The position numbers and the translations under genes are program-made. A stretch of DNA of 33,621 nt from a virus: IMG/VR virus record IMGVR_UViG_2799112904_000001, positions 1-33,621 of that record, one strand, 5' to 3'. The notes beneath the pieces are model-generated. The model had not been told where the DNA came from. It ran no database searches and saw nothing but the letters and a program-made list of their open reading frames with translations. This document shows positions 16,316 through 25,176 of the stretch, piece after piece (position 1 is the first letter of the stretch; every line of letters begins with the position of its first letter).

Positions 16316-18150
16316 GAAACACCAACTCCATAATTATAATCATTAGGACTTCCACCACTATAAGTTTTAATATTATGAACTAATTGTCCTAATGGGTCTT
16401 GTTCAATATTAACATTATTATATACTTGAATATTAGGATTATATGTATTTTGCATTGATGATATTCTCGTACTATCTATTCCGTTTGCATACGGATTAAA
16501 CTTTTTAGGTACTACCGCTTCACCTTCGTGAATCATTGCTAACATATCATCTGGTACATAATTTGTTCCTGTTGCAAGTTTTGGTATTAATGGTATGTTT
16601 ATTCCTTTACCACCAACTACAGGCACCCAATTTGGTATTTTAATTTTATTTAATCCTTTAATAAATCCATTTATTCCGCCTATAATTGCATTTATTGGTG
16701 CTTTTAATATATTAGCAATACCTGACATTATACTCTTAAATATATTTACTACACTTTGCCATGCGGCTTTCCAATTTCCGGTAAATACATTTTTTATAAA
16801 ATCAATTAAATTACTTATTATATTTTTTATCATATTAAATTGATTTCCTATTAAATCAAATATAGGTTGTACTATACCAAATGCTGCTTGAATTTTAGTA
16901 GATAATACACTTGCAAAAAAATCTATTGCTGCGGTTAATGGTGGTAATATTACTTGTAGTATCGTACTTAATAAATCAATAAAAGGTGGTAAAATAGATG
17001 ATATAATTTGTACTAAAGGTGTTATAATTGACATTAATATTTTAATTATTGGATTTAATAAATCTGCAATAGGTTTCAATAAAGGTAATAATGAATTAAT
17101 AATCTGTGTTAATGGTGGTAATATCATTTGTATAATTTGAAGCAATGGTGGTATTAATGTGTTTAATATTTGAATTGCTATTGGCATTATTGTTTGGAAA
17201 ATATTAGATAATACCGGCATTATTTGACTTAATAAACTTTGTAAAGCAGGTGCTATTGTTTGTATAATTTCTAATAAAGGTGGTATTATTACCGGAATAA
17301 TTTGTCCTAACCCACTAAATACTTTTTCTCCTACTTTTCCTAATTTTGATATAACTCCGGTTAAACCTCCGAATGGCTCTAGTGCTTTATCCACAGATTT
17401 CATTATATTAGCAACACCTCTAACTAATGCTGTTCTAGCATTTGCAATAGATGTTTGAATTCCACCTGTTGCGGTATGTGCTGACTTACTTAAAGCTTCC
17501 ATTGAACCTGTACCCTCAGAATCAAGTTTATTTAGTGCCTCATTAAATTGGTCAATAGATATACTTCCATCTGATAAACCATCCTTTAAATCTTTAAATG
17601 AAATACCCATTGATTCTGCAACTTTACTCATTAATCCAGGTATTGCCTCATTCATTTGATTAAAGTCTTGAGCAGAAACTTTACCAGCAGATAATGCTTG
17701 TTTATACCCATAAATAAATCTATCGACAGCCTCAGTAGACCCATTAGCAAAAACCATTGCACTATCATTTATCGATTTAAACATTGCTTCCGACTTTCCT
17801 AAGTCACCCGTTACTGTAAATAAATCTTGCACTCCTGCTACTGCTTGGTCTAATGACGTAGGTAACCCCTGCACTGATTCATCAATTCTTTTAACTGATT
17901 CAGCAGCTTCATCAGCACTTACTCCGAATAGTTCCATTACTTTAGGGTAATTATTCATTGTATCAATTCTTTGAGAAGCTCTATCGACATTTTCTCCAAT
18001 TAGTTCTATTCCTTTTGAAACTGCTTTTGCTGTGATATTTCCAATAGCCATTGCTGCAGACATTTTACCGAATGAAGATGTAATACCTTTTGTTTTACTA
18101 TCTAAATTAGAAGTATCACCGACAAACCTTACTAATACTTCACCTTCCAT
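16312..18150 (-). CDS. Tape measure protein (612 aa)
   Basis: Tape-measure N-terminal domain (RIDT.N....M...G.....A......LPT.LD.A...YKQALS.GKV..QDFNQM), about 11-residue I/L-x-P repeats, WK.AW motif. Confidence 0.92.
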   Translation of the reverse strand: MEGEVLVRFVGDTSNLDSKTKGITSSFGKMSAAMAIGNITAKAVSKGIELIGENVDRASQRIDTMNNYPKVMELFGVSADEAAESVKRIDESVQGLPTSLDQAVAGVQDLFTVTGDLGKSEAMFKSINDSAMVFANGSTEAVDRFIYGYKQALSAGKVSAQDFNQMNEAIPGLMSKVAESMGISFKDLKDGLSDGSISIDQFNEALNKLDSEGTGSMEALSKSAHTATGGIQTSIANARTALVRGVANIMKSVDKALEPFGGLTGVISKLGKVGEKVFSGLGQIIPVIIPPLLEIIQTIAPALQSLLSQIMPVLSNIFQTIMPIAIQILNTLIPPLLQIIQMILPPLTQIINSLLPLLKPIADLLNPIIKILMSIITPLVQIISSILPPFIDLLSTILQVILPPLTAAIDFFASVLSTKIQAAFGIVQPIFDLIGNQFNMIKNIISNLIDFIKNVFTGNWKAAWQSVVNIFKSIMSGIANILKAPINAIIGGINGFIKGLNKIKIPNWVPVVGGKGINIPLIPKLATGTNYVPDDMLAMIHEGEAVVPKKFNPYANGIDSTRISSMQNTYNPNIQVYNNVNIEQDPLGQLVHNIKTYSGGSPNDYNYGVGVS

Positions 18151-18170
18151 AATATCTCTCCTTTCTATTA

Positions 18171-18198
18171 AAAAAAGTGAGGTTTACCACCCCACCTT
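18171..18198 (-). terminator. Intrinsic terminator between major tail and tape measure genes
   Basis: AGGTGGGG/CCTCACTT stem followed by a U-run. Confidence 0.65.
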
Positions 18199-18208
18199 AA
18201 AGGATTTT

Positions 18209-18682
18209 TTAACTTGAAGCAATTTCAGTTCCTTTTCCTATTAATTGCATTTCAAAACTAAATTCTGATTCATCTTCAGCTGCACCACCTAAATCACTTA
18301 TGTTAAGTGAAACTTGTGCTTGGTAAGTAGTATACTCTAATACTCCACCAGTTGCTCCTGATAATAAATCAAATTTAATTTGTACTCCTGAGAATTGTGC
18401 TACTTCACCATCTGCAATCAATGTATGAACTTTGTCTAGAAAAGCAATATCACCAGTATTATTAACATCTAACTTTAATGTTCCAGTTAATGTAACACTA
18501 GCACCAGTAATTACCTTTCTTTGCAAAGCATCACAGAAAACATAAAAATCTTTTTCTTCTAGCTCAGTGTCCACACCGATTTCAGAAGTTGTACAGATAT
18601 CTGTAAATACAGGATTTTCAGTTGTTCCAGTATTTATTGCTAGATTTTTTATTAATTCTCTATTATTAATATACCATTCCAT
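18209..18682 (-). CDS. Major tail (tube) protein
   Basis: Acidic beta-rich protein of about 157 aa before the tape measure gene; GG.AEDESEFSFE; start moved to the ATG after AGGAG. Confidence 0.8.
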   Translation of the reverse strand: MEWYINNRELIKNLAINTGTTENPVFTDICTTSEIGVDTELEEKDFYVFCDALQRKVITGASVTLTGTLKLDVNNTGDIAFLDKVHTLIADGEVAQFSGVQIKFDLLSGATGGVLEYTTYQAQVSLNISDLGGAAEDESEFSFEMQLIGKGTEIASS

Positions 18683-18698
18683 GAATTTTCTCCTCTCA

Positions 18699-19103
18699 TT
18701 ATGATATTCTGTTGACAATACATTGTAAAGTCATTGTATAAGACACACGTCTTATATCTTCATATGCTATTGTTCTTGGATTAGAAAATTGTTTTATCAT
18801 TATTTGCCATTGTTGGTCGTTCCATTCAAAATAAATGTTATTTCCTATTAAATTACCAATTTCTACACTTACATTTTTAGCATTTTGAATATTATCTCCA
18901 TAAATGTTTACATCATAATAATTATATAATGGATCAGTATTCCATAATACAATTTTTTGACCGGATGTTTCTTGCACAACAATAACTTGTATGTCATTAT
19001 CAGCATGTGTACTATATTCAGCCTTTATTTTGTAACCATCTATTATAGATCGTAAATAATCAATTAATACTAGGTTCTTATTTTTAATATCTTGCTCACT
19101 CAT
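18699..19103 (-). CDS. Tail terminator / tail completion protein
   Basis: Position and size; Y.M.LQ-type C-terminal strand. Confidence 0.6.
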   Translation of the reverse strand: MSEQDIKNKNLVLIDYLRSIIDGYKIKAEYSTHADNDIQVIVVQETSGQKIVLWNTDPLYNYYDVNIYGDNIQNAKNVSVEIGNLIGNNIYFEWNDQQWQIMIKQFSNPRTIAYEDIRRVSYTMTLQCIVNRIS

Positions 19104-19104
19104 A

Positions 19105-19467
19105 TTATATCTCCTTTAATGCAGATGAAATAGCATTCTTAACAATTTTTCCACTTGACTGACGGAACTGTCTAAAATACCATTGAGGTTTAGTACTCTT
19201 ATTTGTCCAATTAACATCTTTCATTCTCCATACATAAACATCATAGCCAGTTCCACTTAATAATGAGTATGTTTTATTATACCCTCTTATTGGTTTTGCC
19301 ATTTCTGACCTTGCTAATTTTCCTGTTAAGTATGGATATGCATCTGTTGCTTTGGTATATTCGCGGGTGAATACTGCTACATTATAGACAACTCTATCTT
19401 CAAACTTGTTTATTTGTTTTATAGGTAATTCTTTTACCCATTGAAATTTTATTTCTACTGCACTCAT
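19105..19467 (-). CDS. Neck protein (HK97 gp10 / A118 minor capsid-like)
   Basis: PY.TG.L.RS; Y...V......NW.......WY. Confidence 0.65.
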   Translation of the reverse strand: MSAVEIKFQWVKELPIKQINKFEDRVVYNVAVFTREYTKATDAYPYLTGKLARSEMAKPIRGYNKTYSLLSGTGYDVYVWRMKDVNWTNKSTKPQWYFRQFRQSSGKIVKNAISSALKEI

Positions 19468-19766
19468 TTTACTGCGATTATAATATTTGCAAGTTTATTC
19501 CAAATCCAATCATCTCTAACATCTATTATAGAAAAAGTATGATTACCAAATATTAATTGGTCTCCTTCTTTAACAGGTGTTTTACCTTTAACTATGAAAT
19601 ATCCTTTTGCTTCTGCTACTGTATCAGTACCAAATTTAACGGACATATCAGCGTTATATGGACATACTTTTATCTTTACTTGACGTTTATCTTGGTCATC
19701 ATAATAATCGCTAATACCGCGGTTATTTTGTACCAAAATAGCTTTCATTCCATTAACATTAAACAT
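19464..19766 (-). CDS. Head closure (stopper) protein
   Basis: VKEGDQL.F....F.I..V; start moved to MFNVNG after the GGTGA SD. Confidence 0.6.
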   Translation of the reverse strand: MFNVNGMKAILVQNNRGISDYYDDQDKRQVKIKVCPYNADMSVKFGTDTVAEAKGYFIVKGKTPVKEGDQLIFGNHTFSIIDVRDDWIWNKLANIIIAVK

Positions 19767-19767
19767 A

Positions 19768-20136
19768 TTAATCACCAAATGGTAGATTAACACCCATGTT
19801 ATAATTAATTGGATTTCCTCTATATAATAACCCAGCATTGCCTAATATTCTAAGTGCGTCTTTTGATATATCACTTATCAAATCGCTTTTCATTGCTCCT
19901 GCTTCTATTGCACCACGATTATCTAAACTAGGAATATCATATTCTTCTATAAAACGTAATTGTTCCATACTTGCGTTTTTAACAGCCTTAGGACAAGATA
20001 TAGAGTCCCAATTAGGATTTCTATATCTTATACCTATTTGACTGTATATCATTTCACAAGCCTTTTCAATTTTCCACTCTTCTTCAATAGTCATATTATA
20101 TTTGTTATTAAACTCTTCTATTGTAAAGAAAGTCAT
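19768..20136 (-). CDS. Head-tail connector (adaptor) protein
   Basis: Directly after the major capsid gene; P.AVK.A..EQ and A..IL..AGLLYRG motifs. Confidence 0.7.
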   Translation of the reverse strand: MTFFTIEEFNNKYNMTIEEEWKIEKACEMIYSQIGIRYRNPNWDSISCPKAVKNASMEQLRFIEEYDIPSLDNRGAIEAGAMKSDLISDISKDALRILGNAGLLYRGNPINYNMGVNLPFGD

Positions 20137-20154
20137 AATTGACCTCCTTTCTAA

Positions 20155-21018
20155 TTATGCAGATATTTCTTCTACTAATTTAATTATTGCATTTGGTTCA
20201 ACAACTTTAGCTCCAAACATAATGTTTCCTTCCATTACGTAGTAACCTGGAAAACCTGGATAGTTGTTATTGTATTCTACGAATGAATCGAAGAATGAAT
20301 CACCAACTACTGCTAGTGGATTATAGAAATATCCTTTTACATCTGATAACATTGTATCATTGATTGGGAATATTTGAACTCCGTATGCTTCGTCAACAAC
20401 ACCCATATCAACACCTTTAACTCCAACTTCTGTTTCATAGTGAAGAATTGAAGTAAGTGCTGAAGCTAATTTTGCATGTTCTGTAGCAGCAAGTCCTAAT
20501 CTATAATCGCTATATACATTTTTATTAAATAAATTTGCTTTAAGATTATTTAATATTTCAATGTAATCAGTCTGAGTTGCTGGGTCCCATTCTGCTTCTT
20601 CAGTTACACCATTAGCAAGAACAGTACCAAAACCGTAAGTATCAACTCTTCTAGCAACTGCTTGGTCTTTTTTAGCCATAGCGTCTTCTAGTGTATTAAT
20701 AAAGTTAGTTCCTGATACTAATACTGGAATACGAATAGAATAATCCATAGGTAATTCTGTTAAATCTACCTTTTGTGAACTATATCCTAATAGTCCTGGT
20801 GTAAGAGCATTTGTAATTTCTTTTGTGCTTCTTACATTAACAGTAGCGTCTCCTGATTTTAAAATTTCTATCATTGGAGTACCTGCTGTTCTTAATTCTC
20901 CAATATAATTTGGATTTAAAAATTTGTAAAATTGTGAGTTATAAAGTAAAGATTCATAAATACGTTTTGCAACACTTTGTAAATCTAGACTATAAACTCC
21001 GTCTTGTGTATAATTCAT
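20155..21018 (-). CDS. Major capsid protein
   Basis: 287 aa after the scaffold gene; C-terminal G.IMFGAKVVEPNAIIKL typical of HK97-fold capsids. Confidence 0.88.
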   Translation of the reverse strand: MNYTQDGVYSLDLQSVAKRIYESLLYNSQFYKFLNPNYIGELRTAGTPMIEILKSGDATVNVRSTKEITNALTPGLLGYSSQKVDLTELPMDYSIRIPVLVSGTNFINTLEDAMAKKDQAVARRVDTYGFGTVLANGVTEEAEWDPATQTDYIEILNNLKANLFNKNVYSDYRLGLAATEHAKLASALTSILHYETEVGVKGVDMGVVDEAYGVQIFPINDTMLSDVKGYFYNPLAVVGDSFFDSFVEYNNNYPGFPGYYVMEGNIMFGAKVVEPNAIIKLVEEISA

Positions 21019-21020
21019 AA

Positions 21021-21542
21021 TTAATTCCTCCTAATCAAATCTTTTAAACTTGTTTTTCTTGTAACTTTTATTTCTTCTTTTGGTTTTACTGTCGAATTAA
21101 AACTTGTTTCGTTTGGTATCTCGGTCTTCTTATCAGGTTCAGGAAAATAGGTCGCTTTATATTTTTCCTTAATCATTGAAATAGCTTTTGCGTCATCTTC
21201 TTCATCTTTAAATAATGAGTTTCTTAACGCAGATATCTCTTCTAGATTTTCTTTCTTAAACCCTTGAGACACCATTTCTACTTGAAGTTTTAAACCTCTA
21301 GTATTATTAGTAAGTTCTGTGTTTCTTGATTCAATGTCATTGTAAGACTTTTCAAGTTTGTTATATTTCTCTTCTAGTTCCATATAATTTGCAGTGTTTT
21401 CTTTTATGGTATCTTTTCTTACCTTTTCAATTTCATCACTTGAAACATAACCCTTCCTAATATCTTTTTCCAACTTTTCGATGTTTATATCATCATTGGA
21501 TAGTTGGATATCCTTGTTTGTGATATACTTTGATATATCCAT
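21021..21542 (-). CDS. Capsid scaffolding protein
   Basis: Charged coiled-coil protein before the capsid gene; I...KEKY...F motif. Confidence 0.75.
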   Translation of the reverse strand: MDISKYITNKDIQLSNDDINIEKLEKDIRKGYVSSDEIEKVRKDTIKENTANYMELEEKYNKLEKSYNDIESRNTELTNNTRGLKLQVEMVSQGFKKENLEEISALRNSLFKDEEDDAKAISMIKEKYKATYFPEPDKKTEIPNETSFNSTVKPKEEIKVTRKTSLKDLIRRN

Positions 21543-21630
21543 TTTTTTCTCCTCCTATTTGTCGACATATTTAGAAGTGCGGTGTCTACTTAAAGTTTAT
21601 AGACATTCAAGTAAACATGCTGGTCTTTTT

Positions 21631-22608
21631 TTATCTGTATATTGCCACCACTTGTTTCTTTAATGAAACAGTTGGCATCGTATTTTGCAATTCCTTTATT
21701 TTAGAATTGACTTTTTTTATTTGTTGATTTAATTTATCAACTTCTTTTTGTTCACCATATAATCTTTGCATTTTTCTATCAGTAAGTAATCGTTCTTTTT
21801 TTAATGTTAAACTATTTACTTTTTGTCTAGTAATTGCAATTTCTTCTTTTTCCCCATAACTTAAATCACTTTTAGGTATAGGTTCTGTTGGTTTCCATAT
21901 TGTTATTTCACATTTACAATTAGGATGTAATATATCGCCTTCTGCTTCTTCTGCAACATCAGCGATTCTTATTACATCACTTCTTGTTAGTAGTTTCTCT
22001 TGATAAGGTAAACAATGTTCACAACTAAATGGATGATAAGGTATCATAAAATATCTTTCCCCAGTTAATTGTGCGTCATTTAAAGTTCTATTCCAACCCT
22101 CACGCACTAAATTAGTGTTATATATCATTGAATTGTAAGTACTTAATTCAACATATCTGCAAATATCATTTGTTCCTTTATAATAATAAGGTACTATTTG
22201 ATTATTATATCTAGGTATCTTTTTACTTATATATTCAACTTTATCCACTTCATAAGCTGGACTTTTTAAAGACCTAGAATATTCTCTTTTTTTGTAGTTC
22301 TTGAACTTTTTTTCTACTCCTAATACAACACTAATAGGCACTAGACTAAATATACTTCCTTCAGGTTCTTCTCTTATTATTGTTTTTCCTTTTAAGTTTC
22401 TTTCGTGAATCATAGTAGAATATTCTTCAACTGCTTCATTAAAGAACTTATGACTTTTACCCCATATTTTTTCTAACTCTTTAGCAAAATATTCTTCGCT
22501 TTTGCCTTCATATAAACATTTAAAAAATAACTCTTCTGTTTTGTTTTGCATACGTGCATATTTTAAATTAACATTAAATACACTATCTGCAATACTATAA
22601 CTCTTCAT
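21631..22608 (-). CDS. Minor capsid / head morphogenesis protein (gp7/MuF-like)
   Basis: H..SC..C.P.Q....; HPNCKC motif; follows the portal gene. Confidence 0.8.
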   Translation of the reverse strand: MKSYSIADSVFNVNLKYARMQNKTEELFFKCLYEGKSEEYFAKELEKIWGKSHKFFNEAVEEYSTMIHERNLKGKTIIREEPEGSIFSLVPISVVLGVEKKFKNYKKREYSRSLKSPAYEVDKVEYISKKIPRYNNQIVPYYYKGTNDICRYVELSTYNSMIYNTNLVREGWNRTLNDAQLTGERYFMIPYHPFSCEHCLPYQEKLLTRSDVIRIADVAEEAEGDILHPNCKCEITIWKPTEPIPKSDLSYGEKEEIAITRQKVNSLTLKKERLLTDRKMQRLYGEQKEVDKLNQQIKKVNSKIKELQNTMPTVSLKKQVVAIYR

Positions 22609-23935
22609 ATGTTAACCTAATATCTTCTCGTTCTTGATTATATGCTTTAGTTAAACTTTCAGCATCTGTTTTTTCATCAATTAACTTATTAAGTATTGGT
22701 GTTAATATTTTTGCACGTGTGCTATATGGAATAGCCATTGCTCTTTGAATAGCTTGTAATGTATTTATCTTTTTATTATCATCAAGTTTTTCATTGCCTC
22801 CATAATCCCATACCAGATCACTTGGTATTTTATTATCTTGTATATTTAATAATTCTTGTAATTTAACTATGTTCTCTATTAAATGATTAACTTGTGGTTC
22901 TATTTGCTTTTTAATAGCTTCAATAGTCATCTCAGTTAAATTCATAGATAAATCAACACTTGCAACATTTTGGTAATTATCTTTTTCATATCCGAATGTT
23001 GCTGGGCTTAAATTAGCCATTTGAATAATTTGATAATCACAGAACTTAAATGTATCAACATAATCATTTACTCTTAAATTACCCTGTAAATACTCAAATA
23101 CACTATGTTCTTTATCTCCTGGTAATAATGTAAAGAAATCTTGTAAATTACCAACACTAATGGTTTTGACATCATATATATTTGCACTTGGTTGCCATTG
23201 ATTATAAATATCTCCACTTTGAAAGTGTTGAGTTGTTGCTATTCTTGTTTTTGTTTTCTGTACCTCTTCACATAAAGTATTATATACTTCCATTTCTTCA
23301 TTTAAGAACTTAATACTATCCTTAAAGAAGTCTTGTCCTGTATCTATATTAATTAATACTTCATAAGGTAATTCATATACTCTTTTATATTCAGTATCGT
23401 TAATTTCATTGAATGCTTGTAAAGACATTTCTTGCCATTCTCCACGTTGTTTTTCTTTTTTGTAAGCAGTAAATACTAACTCTGTTTTACCGCCCTCTAT
23501 CTCAATATGTCTTTTTAAAGCATAATCAAATTCTTCACCTTCAAAATCTTGTATAATATCACAACTATATACTTTGTCATATTTTTGTACTAGATTATGA
23601 ATATCACATTTTTTAATACATTCTAAATATACTTTATCTTCAAATTTGTGTATATATATAAAACTTTCTTTTTCATATACAGCAAGTTCTAATGCTTCAC
23701 CTAATGTAGGCATTAACCAATTTATGTCTAAACCTTCTGTTTGTGTTAATAAATCACTACCAAATAATTGATTTCTAATGTATGTTCCTATCTTTTTTGC
23801 ACTTGGTGCAAGTACATATCTTTCCTCATTTTCTATGTTTGGCTTTCCATTTGTTATACCTGGGTTAGTTATTTTTACATTAATCTTAATATAAGGTGTC
23901 TGTAAAGGGTTAAAATGTCTTAATTTTCCTAACAT
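22595..23935 (-). CDS. Portal protein (A118/SPP1-type)
   Basis: 446 aa; GLSP-like NLSPATFG segment; position between terminase and minor capsid genes. Confidence 0.82.
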   Translation of the reverse strand: MLGKLRHFNPLQTPYIKINVKITNPGITNGKPNIENEERYVLAPSAKKIGTYIRNQLFGSDLLTQTEGLDINWLMPTLGEALELAVYEKESFIYIHKFEDKVYLECIKKCDIHNLVQKYDKVYSCDIIQDFEGEEFDYALKRHIEIEGGKTELVFTAYKKEKQRGEWQEMSLQAFNEINDTEYKRVYELPYEVLINIDTGQDFFKDSIKFLNEEMEVYNTLCEEVQKTKTRIATTQHFQSGDIYNQWQPSANIYDVKTISVGNLQDFFTLLPGDKEHSVFEYLQGNLRVNDYVDTFKFCDYQIIQMANLSPATFGYEKDNYQNVASVDLSMNLTEMTIEAIKKQIEPQVNHLIENIVKLQELLNIQDNKIPSDLVWDYGGNEKLDDNKKINTLQAIQRAMAIPYSTRAKILTPILNKLIDEKTDAESLTKAYNQEREDIRLTYEEL

Positions 23936-23946
23936 ATCTTATCCTC

Positions 23947-24189
23947 CTATACTTCTATACCTGTTTCTAATGTTGTTCCCCAATAAGTTTTTCTATTCTT
24001 TTCATCATTCTTTAATAATCTTATTGGTCTAACTACTACTCCCGCTATAACATTTTTGAATAATTGCTTTTTAAAATATACTCTAATAGCATAACTGTTT
24101 TGTGCAGGTGCCTCGTCCTCACTTATTCTTAATTTTTTAATAAGCACTCCATTATAGTACAAGTACAATTTCCATTTCTTTTTTTTCAT
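23947..24189 (-). CDS. Small basic hypothetical protein
   Basis: GGAGG SD; first gene after the 24275 promoter and leader. Confidence 0.75.
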   Translation of the reverse strand: MKKKKWKLYLYYNGVLIKKLRISEDEAPAQNSYAIRVYFKKQLFKNVIAGVVVRPIRLLKNDEKNRKTYWGTTLETGIEV

Positions 24190-24199
24190 TTAAACCTCC

Positions 24200-24303
24200 A
24201 AAAAAAGCATAAGGTTATCCCCTATGCTTCCAATTGCACCATAAAAGGCCAATTCACTGCACTTCCACGATATAATAATATCATAATATTTATTATTTGT
24301 CAA
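24200..24303 (-). promoter_or_regulatory. Promoter and attenuator-like leader of the head operon
   Basis: TTGACA(24298-24303)-17-TATTAT(24275-24280) with TGn; 10-bp terminator stem AAGCATAGGG/CCTTATGCTT plus U7 abutting the SD. Confidence 0.7.
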
Positions 24304-24496
24304 CTTTTCTATTTTCAACAAAAACATAATGGTCTTCATATATCCTGTATACTTCGCTTTCATGACAAGCCCTACAAGGTACTACAATTTCAAGTGGTAT
24401 TTCTAATGCTATCCCATGTTTTTCTATTACCTTTATTATATCATCATAATTAATCTCCATTAAAAATCTTTTTGATTTTTTACATTTTATTTTAAT
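24293..24496 (-). CDS. Com-like zinc-ribbon protein (probable ATT start)
   Basis: IKCKKS.RFL.E ... IVVPCRACHE; AAGGTG SD 5 nt before the ATT. Confidence 0.5.
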   Translation of the reverse strand: MKIKCKKSKRFLMEINYDDIIKVIEKHGIALEIPLEIVVPCRACHESEVYRIYEDHYVFVENRKVDK

Positions 24497-24497
24497 T

Positions 24498-25124
24498 TTA
24501 ACACCTTCTTTTTTGTTTAGGTCTACAATTATAGCAATATTTTGTTTTCCCATATTTATTAGTCATAAAAGGATGGTTGCATTTTAAACATATTCTTTCT
24601 ATATTATCAATTCCGCTTTCTCTACGATATGCACTTTTGCATTTTAAAGAACAAAATCTATTTTTTTGTTGCTTATATGTTTTATATTCTTTGCCACAAT
24701 ATTCACAAATAAACCTTAACTTTTCTCTTTTTGCTAAACTTACTTCATATTGTTTTTTATGCCATTCTCTTCCTTCTTTAGATTTATGCCATTTTATTGC
24801 TTTAGGTCTAGCATTTTCATTAAGATTTTTCCTGTATTTTTCTTTTGTTTCTTCTGTTATTTCCATTGCATGTCTTTTACTATGTTCTTTTTTTGTCAAT
24901 AATTCTAAATTATTTATTTCATTATTATTTTTATTATGGTCTTTATGATGTACATGATATCCTTTAGGAATTTTTCCATTATAATATTCCCATATATATC
25001 TATGAAGTCTATACCTTTTACCATCAATAGCAGAACTTAAATAATACCCTGTTTTATCATCTTTTGTAAATTTATATCCATTAAAATATGCATATTTTGT
25101 TTTTTCAATATATTGCACCTTCAT
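24498..25124 (-). CDS. HNH endonuclease with C-terminal zinc ribbons
   Basis: LHRYIWEYYNGKIP.GYHVHHKD.NK.NN.I.NLEL...EH...H; CEYC, FCS.KC, CLKC, YCYNC. Confidence 0.9.
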   Translation of the reverse strand: MKVQYIEKTKYAYFNGYKFTKDDKTGYYLSSAIDGKRYRLHRYIWEYYNGKIPKGYHVHHKDHNKNNNEINNLELLTKKEHSKRHAMEITEETKEKYRKNLNENARPKAIKWHKSKEGREWHKKQYEVSLAKREKLRFICEYCGKEYKTYKQQKNRFCSLKCKSAYRRESGIDNIERICLKCNHPFMTNKYGKTKYCYNCRPKQKRRC

Positions 25125-25136
25125 TTTACCACCTCA

Positions 25137-25170
25137 AAGATATTATACCATAAATATCTTGTCGCGTCAA
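25137..25170 (-). promoter_or_regulatory. HNH promoter with an inverted repeat straddling the -10 element
   Basis: TTGACG-17-TATAAT; AAGATATT-8-AATATCTT at 25137-25160. Confidence 0.75.
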
Positions 25171-25176
25171 TCTACG

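Noticed and set aside
16850-17330. Repetitive stretch in the tape measure gene as a novel repeat array
   Set aside because: It is the ordinary 11-residue amphipathic periodicity of tape measure proteins
19464-19838. N-terminal extensions in ORF-track starts (19838, 18718, 12109, 8393, 4350, 1806, 24553, 33397)
   Set aside because: They overlap upstream genes or promoters; downstream starts have much better SD spacing
21545-21630. Hairpin in the scaffold gene leader (TGTCTA/TAGACA) as an ncRNA
   Set aside because: It is a single short stem with no promoter or terminator support; too weak to call
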